From positions 1-17,845 of the forward strand of contig CAYOLF010000060.1 in NCBI GenBank assembly GCA_964404725.1: a stretch of DNA of 17,845 nt, written 5' to 3'. Positions 11,418-17,845 of this stretch are shown piece by piece. The position numbers were made by a program, and so were the translations under genes. The notes beneath the pieces are model-generated. The model was not told the origin of the DNA. It searched no databases and was given only the letters and a program-made list of their open reading frames with translations. Numbering within the stretch: position 1 is the stretch's first letter; each line of letters begins with the position of its first letter. The DNA comes from an uncultured Polyangiaceae bacterium (GTDB taxonomy: Bacteria; Myxococcota_A; Polyangia; Polyangiales; Polyangiaceae).

Positions 11418-12091
11418 CGGTAGCGCTCCCGGAGCCGGCGCAGGCCGAGCTCGGTCTTCGCGTCGGCGAGCTCGCCGGCGGCGGCCAGGGCGAGCGCGTC
11501 GTCGAGCTCCACGTCCACGATCACGCCGCCCCGCTCGAGCGGCGACCCGTCGAGCTCGGGCTCGACCTGCGTCGCGGGGTCGACCTCCACCTCGAAGAAA
11601 TAATGGCGCTCGGCGACGAAGCCCGGCGCGGGGAACGTGCTGGGCCCGAGCGCGACGAGGCGTTCGACCGCGACGTCGAAGCCGAGCTCCTCGAGGAGCT
11701 CCCGCCGCGCCGCGCTCGCAGCGCCGAGCGCGCCCGAGTCCTCGCCGGGCTCAACGAGCCCGGCCGGGAGCTCCCAGAGGCTCGCGCCGCTGCCTTCGGC
11801 CACCGCGGCCGGCGCGGCGTCGCGCGTGGTGATGGGGGGGCGCAGGGCGCTGCGGAGGTAGACGTGGACCCTGCCGGCGACGCGGTGGTGGGCCGCGATG
11901 ACCACGGCGTCGATGGCGTCGCGCGTCACGGAGTCGTAGGCGAAGGGATCGCTCGTGGTCCCGTCCGGGTAACGGGCGCGGTAGCGCCGGCGGATCAGGC
12001 GGAGGAACCCCGCCGGGTTGAGCGGCGGGAGCTCCTCGACCACCTCGAGGCCTATCGCGGGAAGCATTCCGGCCAGCGTGCGCACCGACAT
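11414..12091 (-). CDS. Nudix hydrolase, ADP-ribose pyrophosphatase-like (about 225 aa)
   Basis: Nudix box is GLVEPGE-DSGALGAASAA-RRELLEELGF. The N-terminal FLRL..R....PDG.....F.YD.V.R..DAVV pattern is typical of NudF-like enzymes. Start taken as ATG 12091; ATG 12067 is an alternative. The 47 codons upstream in track ORF 11414..12232- look non-coding. Confidence 0.8.
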   Translation of the reverse strand: MSVRTLAGMLPAIGLEVVEELPPLNPAGFLRLIRRRYRARYPDGTTSDPFAYDSVTRDAIDAVVIAAHHRVAGRVHVYLRSALRPPITTRDAAPAAVAEGSGASLWELPAGLVEPGEDSGALGAASAARRELLEELGFDVAVERLVALGPSTFPAPGFVAERHYFFEVEVDPATQVEPELDGSPLERGGVIVDVELDDALALAAAGELADAKTELGLRRLRERYR

Positions 12092-12253
12092 CGGCTCGCA
12101 GGGTAACCTGGCCGTGAGCCCTGCCAAGACCGTCGCTCGTCCCGCCGTCGCCGGTGGCGTGGCGGTCCCGTGCCGTCTTGACGACGAGCCGCCGCTGGGC
12201 GGGCGCTCGATGGCGAGCGCCGCGGGCTGCACCGGTGTTCACCACCCGGTCGC

Positions 12254-12281
12254 TTGATTTCCGGTGCCGCCACCGTAACGT
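12254..12281 (+). promoter_or_regulatory. Weak candidate sigma70-like promoter upstream of the btaA-like gene
   Basis: TTGATT (12254-12259), 16 nt, TAACGT (12276-12281), about 46 nt before ATG 12328. This is the only relatively AT-rich patch in the 12092-12327 divergent intergenic region. Confidence 0.2.
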
Positions 12282-12327
12282 CCGAGCACCGGCGCCCCAC
12301 AGGGACCGGGCACGAGACGACGAGCCG

Positions 12328-13452
12328 ATGCCACTTTGCGACTGGACGTTCGAGAAGCTGTTCAAGAACGCGTTCGTCTACAACATCCTCTGGGAGGACA
12401 CGGAGGTGGACGAGCGGTTCCTCGGGGTGGACGAGGACAGCAGCGTGCTCTGTATCTCGGCCGCGGGCTGCGGCGTCGCCAACCACCTCTCCCGCAACCC
12501 GCGCCGGGTCGACGCCGTCGACATCAACCCGCACCACCTCGCCCTCGCCGCGCTCAAGGCCTCTGCGGCCCGCGGCCTCGAGTCGCACGAGGAGCTCTAC
12601 GCCCTGTTCGGCCTCGGGCGCCACCCGAGCGCCGAGCGGGTCGTGCGGCGGCTGGTTTCCCCGCTGCCACGCTGGATCCGGGCTTACTGGAAGCTCCACT
12701 GGCGCATCTTCGAGAAATCGATGGTCCAGGAGGGGCTGACCGCGCAGATGCTCAAGGGCGTCCGCGCGGTCACGCACACCGACGCCGAGTGGCTCCGTCG
12801 GCGCATCGGGGAGACCGTCGCGGACCGCCAGCGCGCGATCGAGCAGGCCTTCGGTCGGGCGGTGCGGAGGCCCTGGGTCCGCGCCGCGCTGAACTCGCCG
12901 CTGCAGCTGGTGGCGCTCGGGGTCAACTACAGCCAGCGCGATCGCATCCTCCAAACCGAGCGGACCGATCTACCGACCTTCCTCGTCAGCCACCTGAAGC
13001 GCGTCGCCGAGACGGATCTCGAGCGCAACTGGTTCGCCTGGTACGCGATCGCTGGCCATTTCAACCATGACCGCGCGGACGCGGTGCCGCCCTACCTCCG
13101 GGAGTGCCACCACCGCGAGAGCAAGCGCGCCACGACGACGATGAGCTACGCGAACGGCAATCTCTTCGACACGCTCCGGAGCGCGGGGCCCGGCACCTGG
13201 ACGCACTACACCCTCTGCGACGCGGTGGACTGGATGCCCCCCCCGGTGCAAAAGGACCTGCTCGACGAGATCGTCCGCACCAGCAAGGACGGGGCCCGCG
13301 TCCTTTATCGCACGGTCGAGGACGACTCGCTCGTCGAGCGCCATGGCATGGACCGTCACCTCAAGCTCGACGTCGAGGCCTCCCGCCTCGCCTCGGAGCT
13401 CGATCGGACCCGGCAGTATCGCCGGGTGAACTTCTACACCGTCACCCACTGA
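12328..13452 (+). CDS. btaA: DUF3419/BtaA-family protein, candidate S-adenosylmethionine:diacylglycerol 3-amino-3-carboxypropyl transferase (374 aa)
   Basis: Start taken as ATG 12328 (M59 of track ORF 12154..13452+). Family-typical blocks: FVYNILWEDTEVDERFL, VLCISAAGCGVANHL..P..VDAVDINPHHLALAALK, and C-terminal YTLCDAVDWMPP..Q..L..I.R....GARVLYRTV. Confidence 0.75.
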   Translation: MPLCDWTFEKLFKNAFVYNILWEDTEVDERFLGVDEDSSVLCISAAGCGVANHLSRNPRRVDAVDINPHHLALAALKASAARGLESHEELYALFGLGRHPSAERVVRRLVSPLPRWIRAYWKLHWRIFEKSMVQEGLTAQMLKGVRAVTHTDAEWLRRRIGETVADRQRAIEQAFGRAVRRPWVRAALNSPLQLVALGVNYSQRDRILQTERTDLPTFLVSHLKRVAETDLERNWFAWYAIAGHFNHDRADAVPPYLRECHHRESKRATTTMSYANGNLFDTLRSAGPGTWTHYTLCDAVDWMPPPVQKDLLDEIVRTSKDGARVLYRTVEDDSLVERHGMDRHLKLDVEASRLASELDRTRQYRRVNFYTVTH

Positions 13453-13543
13453 CCCTCGCCGTATTCGTTGGTGCCTTCCGTCCGGAAAGGACCGGCCGAG
13501 ATCCGCTCCGCTGGAACGGCGCACGGGGGTGGCCCCGAGGACC

Positions 13544-14161
13544 ATGTCGGACCGCAACGAGCACCGCGCCTTCCTGAACCGGTACTACGGGATCAGTCGC
13601 CACTTCTACGACATCACGCGCAAGTACTACCTCTTCGGGCGCGACGCAGTGCTGCGCGAGCTCTTGGCGGAGCCCTGGGGGTCGCTGGTCGAGGTCGGCG
13701 TCGGCACCGGGCGGAACCTGCGCCGGCTCCACGCCGCGCGGCCCGCGGCGCACCTCGGCGGGCTCGACGCCTCCGACGCCATGCTCACCCACGTGCGGGC
13801 GCGCGCGCCCTGGGCCCGGCTCCAGCACGGCTTCGCCGAGGACGCCGACCTCGCGGCGCTGCTCGGCGGGCGGCGTCCGGACCGCGTCCTTTTCTCGTAC
13901 TGCCTCTCGATGGTGTCCGATCCGGTGGCGGCGCTCCGCAACGCCCAGCGCGCGCTCGCGCCCGGCGGCAAGGTGGTCGTCGTCGATTTCTCGGATCTCG
14001 ACGGCCTGCCGGCGCTCGCCCGGAGCGGCCTCCGCCGCTGGCTCGCCGCCTTCCACGTCGCGCCTCTGGACGGCGCGGTGCTGGGCGAGGTCGGCGCGCG
14101 CGTCCGGCACGGGCTCGGGCGCTACTACGTCATCGGTGAGCTCGACGCCCTGCCAGGTTGA
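13544..14161 (+). CDS. btaB: Class I SAM-dependent methyltransferase, BtaB-like (candidate diacylglycerylhomoserine N-methyltransferase, about 205 aa)
   Basis: ATG 13544; GTG 13529 is an alternative start. N-terminal YYGISRHFYDITRKYYLFGRD matches my recollection of the BtaB family. SAM motif I is LVEVGVGTGRNL. Its size and its position directly downstream of the btaA-like gene match the btaAB arrangement. Confidence 0.65.
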   Translation: MSDRNEHRAFLNRYYGISRHFYDITRKYYLFGRDAVLRELLAEPWGSLVEVGVGTGRNLRRLHAARPAAHLGGLDASDAMLTHVRARAPWARLQHGFAEDADLAALLGGRRPDRVLFSYCLSMVSDPVAALRNAQRALAPGGKVVVVDFSDLDGLPALARSGLRRWLAAFHVAPLDGAVLGEVGARVRHGLGRYYVIGELDALPG

Positions 14162-14206
14162 GGTGGGGGTTGGGGGCGGGGATTGCCCGCGGGTCGGGCG
14201 GGGCGG

Positions 14207-15070
14207 TCAGACGACGTCGAGCGGATCCCGATCGCGCGCGGAGAGCACGACCTCGATGGCTTCGCCGAGGCGCGCGCGGAGTCGCTCGGCGAGCAGGGGG
14301 AGGTACCCGCGCTCCGTGTTGGTGTGGTCGCAGAGGATGACGGAAGCGCCCGCCGCGTTGTGCGCGCGGACGTCGTGGTGCCGGAGCTCCCCGGTCCAAA
14401 ACAGATCCGCCCCGCGCACGTCGGCGAACAGGGCGCCGCCCGCGCCGGGGCAGACCGCGACCGAGCGGATCGGTTCGCCCGCGGCGTGGCGCGGCGCCGC
14501 CGCCAGGCGAACTCGCTCGAGCCCGAGGTGGCTCTTCACTGCGGCGACCGCGGCCTCGATCCCGAGCGGCGGATCGAGCGACGCGAGGCGACCGGCGCCC
14601 GCCGGCGCGTCGCTCCCCGCCGCCGGCGCGCCGCCCCCCGCCGCCGGCGCGCCCGTGGGGTCGGGCGCTGGCGCGAGCGCGCGGACGTCTCGCACCCGGT
14701 CCCCGAAGGCCGTGAGCAGCCAGTCGTTGACGCCGCCGGGGACGGCGTCCAGCGCCGTGTGGGGCGAGTAGACGGCGATCCCGTGCGCGATGGCGCGGAG
14801 CACGACCCGCTCCGTCGCGCTGCCTCGCGTGAGGCGGGACAGCGGGTGGAAGATCGGCGGGTGATAGGCGACGACCAACTCGCACCCGCCCGCGACCGCC
14901 TCGTCGAGCTCGAGCTCCCCGAGATCGACGGTGAACAGGACGCGGCGCACGACGTCACCTTGCCCCGGCGCCGACTCCAGCAGCAGCCCCACGTTGTCCC
15001 AGCTCGCGGCCAGCGCGAGCGGCGCCAGCGCCTCGAGCGCAGTGATCACGGACGCGAGCGGGAGCGGCAC
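14207..15070 (-). CDS. NIF3/YbgI-family dinuclear-metal-centre protein (287 aa) with a low-complexity insert
   Basis: Motifs: WDNVGLLLE, VVAYHPPIF, AVYSPHTALD, and C-terminal ILCDHTNTERGYL. The central GAPAAGGGAPAAGSDAPAGAG segment is encoded by a tandem duplication. Confidence 0.85.
   Translation of the reverse strand: MPLPLASVITALEALAPLALAASWDNVGLLLESAPGQGDVVRRVLFTVDLGELELDEAVAGGCELVVAYHPPIFHPLSRLTRGSATERVVLRAIAHGIAVYSPHTALDAVPGGVNDWLLTAFGDRVRDVRALAPAPDPTGAPAAGGGAPAAGSDAPAGAGRLASLDPPLGIEAAVAAVKSHLGLERVRLAAAPRHAAGEPIRSVAVCPGAGGALFADVRGADLFWTGELRHHDVRAHNAAGASVILCDHTNTERGYLPLLAERLRARLGEAIEVVLSARDRDPLDVV
14597..14656 (-). repeat. Tandem direct repeat with 21-nt period (about 2.5 copies) inside the NIF3-family gene
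   Basis: The plus-strand 18-mer ccccgccgccggcgcgcc occurs at 14615-14632 and again at 14636-14653, with a partial copy at 14597-14610. It encodes imperfect 7-aa repeats (GAPAAGG-like). Confidence 0.7.
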
Positions 15071-15160
15071 GGGGGCGATGGTAGGACGGAGCGGCTGGCC
15101 GCGCGAGCGGCGCGAAGCGCCCGTGGCGGGGCGCGCGGGACCGGCCGCTGGCGGCGCGGC

Positions 15161-16213
15161 TCAGCGGGGCGGGGGCTTGTGCTCGATGATGCGCGCCTTG
15201 CGCCCGGTCGCCACCGCCCAACCGTAGCGGGCCGCCCCGTAGAGCTGCGCGACCTTGTCAGCAGTGTTGAGCGTGGCGTGGGCGAGCGCTAACCGATGGG
15301 CCCGTCCTCGCCGCCGCTCGCGGACGTACAGGCGCACCATCCGCGCCGGGTACGCGGCGAAGGCGACGCTGGCCACCGGGGTCACCCGCGTGGCCGCCAG
15401 GGTGGCCGCGGGCAGCCCGACGGCCCAAAAGGCGCTATTCAGCGTCGTCCGCCACCCGTGCGGGCCCTCCGCGTGGGCGTGCAGATGCGCGAGCTGCGCT
15501 GACGCGAAGCCCCACCGGACGGCGCGCCGCCACCACTGCCAGTACCGCAGCAGATCCGCGTCGTGCGTCACCATTTCGCAGGGGATCTTGAGGACTCGGC
15601 CGCCCGACTCGCGCAGACGCTGGCAGAGGTCCGGCTCCTCGCCGGCGATCAGATCCGGCCGGAACCCGCCGACGGCGCGGAACGCCCCCGCTCGCAGCAT
15701 CGCGTTGCCGCCACAGGAGTCAACGAACCCGGTGGGGGAGTCCCACTCGAGCTGGCAGAGCGCGTTGTAAACCGAGCGCTCGGGGTGGCGCTCTCGGATC
15801 CGCCCGCAGACGGCCACGACGGCCGGATCAGCCTCGAGCGCGCGGGCTCCCGCCTCGAGCCACCCCGGAAAGACCTCGCAGTCGCCGTCGACGAACTGCA
15901 CCAGAACCGTCTCGGGCGCGTGTTCCATCAGCCGCTCGAACCCCGCGTTGCGGGCGCGCGCCGCGGTGAACGGGCGGCTCATGTCGAGCTCGACCACCGC
16001 CGCGCCGAGCGCGCGGGCGGCCTCGACGGACCCGTCAGTGGAGCCCGAGTCGACGTAGACGACCGGGGCCAGGTCCGACCGCACCGAGCGCAAGCACGCC
16101 TTGAGCCGCTCCCCCTCGTTCCGCCCGATCACGACCAGGCCGAGCCCCGGGGGTACATCGAGTCGGGTGAGGGGGGTGGGGTTCGGATCCCCGGGCGCGG
16201 TGGCGTAGCTCAC
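15161..16213 (-). CDS. Family 2 glycosyltransferase (GT-A fold) with a hydrophobic C-terminal region (about 350 aa; start uncertain)
   Basis: Motifs: LGLVVIGRNEGERL, VYVDSGSTDGS, FTAARARNAG, VQFVDGDCEV (DxD), GGNAMLRAGAF..VGGF, AGEEPDLCQRL. I take the start as GTG 16213..16211. The TTG at 16333 that opens track ORF 15161..16333- adds an Arg/Pro-rich, non-coding-looking 40 aa. Confidence 0.8.
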   Translation of the reverse strand: MSYATAPGDPNPTPLTRLDVPPGLGLVVIGRNEGERLKACLRSVRSDLAPVVYVDSGSTDGSVEAARALGAAVVELDMSRPFTAARARNAGFERLMEHAPETVLVQFVDGDCEVFPGWLEAGARALEADPAVVAVCGRIRERHPERSVYNALCQLEWDSPTGFVDSCGGNAMLRAGAFRAVGGFRPDLIAGEEPDLCQRLRESGGRVLKIPCEMVTHDADLLRYWQWWRRAVRWGFASAQLAHLHAHAEGPHGWRTTLNSAFWAVGLPAATLAATRVTPVASVAFAAYPARMVRLYVRERRRGRAHRLALAHATLNTADKVAQLYGAARYGWAVATGRKARIIEHKPPPR

Positions 16214-16494
16214 GGCGGCGGACGCTACCACTCGGGCGCCCGTGTCCCAACGGCGTCGCGGCGGGGGCTCGTGTCGCGCTGGACGGGCGTGGGTCACCGC
16301 CGCGACGTGGCGCGCCAGTCTCGGGTACCACAAGGTGCGCAGAGGTCCGACCCGCGTTTCGTGCGCGCTCCCTCGCCCGGTCGCCGCGCGCGCGCCGGGT
16401 TATCGATTGGCGCGGCCGTACGCGCGGAGCACGCCGGGGAATTCGGCCGGCGAGGCTGGCCTCCGAGCCGAAGGCGTGATGGAATCGATGTGTC

Positions 16495-17845
16495 CTGGCA
16501 CAGCTCGCTCTCGGCACCAAGCTTGGGTCCTTCGAGCTCCTGATCGAGCTTGGGCGGGGTGGCATGGCCAGCGTCTGGGCGGCGCGGGAGGTGTCGCCCA
16601 GCAGCGGCAAGCAGCGCATCGTCGCCGTCAAGGTGATGCTGCCGGAGCTTGCCATGGACCCGACGTTCCGGTCGATGTTCCTCAACGAGGGGGGCATCAC
16701 CGGCAGCATCCAGCACGAGAACGTGGTGCGGGTCTACGAGGTCGCCGAGAGCGAAGGGATGCTCTACATGGCGATGGAGTGGATCGAGGGGGACTCGCTC
16801 CAGACGCTCATCAACGTCGCCCGTCAGCGCCGGCCCATCCCCCCGGAGATGGCCGTCCGCATCGTGGCCGACGCGGCCGCGGGGCTACACGCGGCGCAGG
16901 AGCTCCGCGGCTGGGACGGGGAGCTCCGGGGCATCGTCCACTGCGATGTCTCACCCCACAACATCCTGGTCGGCCCCACCGGCGTCGCCAAGCTGGTGGA
17001 TTTCGGCGTCGCGAGCGCGCTGACGAAGAAGGAGTCGCGCGCCGAGGATGAGCGGATCGGCGGAAAATTCGGCTACATGTCGCCGGAGCAGGCGATGGGT
17101 CGCGAGCTCGACCGGCGGAGCGACATCTTCTCGCTCGGCGTGGTGCTCTACGAGCTGACCACGGGTCGGCGACTGTTCAAGGGGCGGAACCCCTCGCACA
17201 CGCTGACGCTGGTCACGAGCGGCCAGATCCCGCTCCCCTCGACGCTCGTCTCCGACTACCCGCCCCGGCTCGAGCAGGTCGTCTTCAAGGCGCTCGAGCG
17301 CGACGTGAACCGGCGCTTCCAGACCGCAGAGCAGATGCAGAAGGCGCTCGAGGCGTACCTCGTCGAAGAGCGCATCATGGTCACCCGCGCGGGCGTGGGG
17401 CAGCTCGCCAAGCGCGTCCTCGGCGACCGGATCAAGCAGCGGCGCGTCGCCCTCCGTCACGCCCTCGACCAGCTCGGCGGCGAGCGCATCGCCCTCCCGG
17501 CGCCCCCGGATCACGAGCCGCTCAGCGACTCGGCGACGTCGGCGAAGGCGGCCCTCTCCCATACGGTGCCGGACCCCCGGTCCGCGCCCGGCTACGAGGC
17601 GATCGAGGGGCGCCGCAGCGGCACGATCCGCTACCTGGCCCTCGCGATCGCGCTGCTCGTGGGCGCCCTGCTGAGCTTCCTGCTCTTCGGGCGGACGCCG
17701 GGTACGGCGATCGTGACGGAGGGGCCGACGCCCGCCGCGGAGCCCGCCCCGCCCGTGCAGGTTTCGACCGCGCCGACCGCGGTCGCGCCGACCCCCTCGG
17801 GCGAGCCGCGCGGCGTTGCCGCGGGCGACCTCCCGGCGGAGCCGC
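16495..17845 (+). CDS. Hanks-type Ser/Thr protein kinase, non-RD variant with a TM helix, 3'-partial; start codon unresolved
   Basis: Hand translation in the frame of 16621 gtc gcc gtc aag. Motifs: LGRGGMASVW, IVAVKVM, FLNEGG, IVHCDVSPHNILV, LVDFGVA, GKFGYMSPEQ. The TM helix is IRYLALAIALLVGALLSFLLF. The frame is open to the window end, with no stop, so it is not in the ORF track. The first in-frame codon after the TGA at 16477 that could plausibly initiate is CTG 16495. Confidence 0.8.
   Translation, partial: MAQLALGTKLGSFELLIELGRGGMASVWAAREVSPSSGKQRIVAVKVMLPELAMDPTFRSMFLNEGGITGSIQHENVVRVYEVAESEGMLYMAMEWIEGDSLQTLINVARQRRPIPPEMAVRIVADAAAGLHAAQELRGWDGELRGIVHCDVSPHNILVGPTGVAKLVDFGVASALTKKESRAEDERIGGKFGYMSPEQAMGRELDRRSDIFSLGVVLYELTTGRRLFKGRNPSHTLTLVTSGQIPLPSTLVSDYPPRLEQVVFKALERDVNRRFQTAEQMQKALEAYLVEERIMVTRAGVGQLAKRVLGDRIKQRRVALRHALDQLGGERIALPAPPDHEPLSDSATSAKAALSHTVPDPRSAPGYEAIEGRRSGTIRYLALAIALLVGALLSFLLFGRTPGTAIVTEGPTPAAEPAPPVQVSTAPTAVAPTPSGEPRGVAAGDLPAEP

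Noticed and set aside
12092-12327. Pho box (PhoB direct repeats) or another operator upstream of the btaA-like gene, including the CACCGGTG palindrome at 12230-12237 and the repeated CCGGTG at 12232 and 12261
   Set aside because: I could see no pair of 7-nt direct repeats with 11-bp periodicity resembling CTGTCAT. The short palindrome and repeat are too small to be significant at this GC content.
14162-14206. Hairpin candidates (GCGGG/CCCGC arms) between the convergent btaB-like and NIF3 genes
   Set aside because: These are 5-bp stems only, with several mutually exclusive pairings and no T-run. They cannot be distinguished from background.
16242-17051. 269-aa plus-strand ORF containing ATG 16479 (MESMCPGT...)
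   Set aside because: Beyond its first few codons it is an Arg/Gly-rich off-frame read of the kinase gene. Only its first roughly 8 codons might be real, if the kinase gene carries an indel (see the finding on 16477-16566).

Overview
Very GC-rich bacterial chromosomal segment (over 70% GC by eye, third codon positions almost all G/C). Two Hanks-type Ser/Thr kinases and the codon usage fit a Myxococcota-like genome. I call 14 protein-coding genes and found no rRNA, tRNA, CRISPR array or mobile element.

Gene order, left to right:
- Minus-strand operon: DUF2760-like membrane protein, then a lidless Hsp70 paralog (607 aa), then a very long Hsp70 paralog (at least 987 aa visible). The long paralog runs off the left edge, so it is absent from the supplied ORF track. 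I recovered it by hand translation.
- Divergent plus-strand pair: an SDR oxidoreductase and a GH5-like lipoprotein. The GH5-like protein appears to have degenerate catalytic residues and an insertion of about 180 aa.
- Minus-strand run: Nudix hydrolase, NAD kinase (ATGA overlap with the Nudix gene), orphan receiver, membrane Ser/Thr kinase.
- A btaA/btaB-like betaine-lipid (DGTS) gene pair.
- A NIF3-family gene and a GT2 glycosyltransferase.
- A second Ser/Thr kinase that runs off the right edge and is also missing from the track. It has no canonical start codon and a non-RD HCDVSPHN catalytic loop.

Most of the longest ORFs in the track (71..3394+, 2743..4989+, 1023..2801-, 6172..8373-) are Arg/Pro/Gly/Ala-rich shadow frames of the real genes.

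The best candidate for an undescribed system is the DUF2760 plus two non-canonical Hsp70 module (1..5428). All family calls come from motif recognition by eye; no database search was run.
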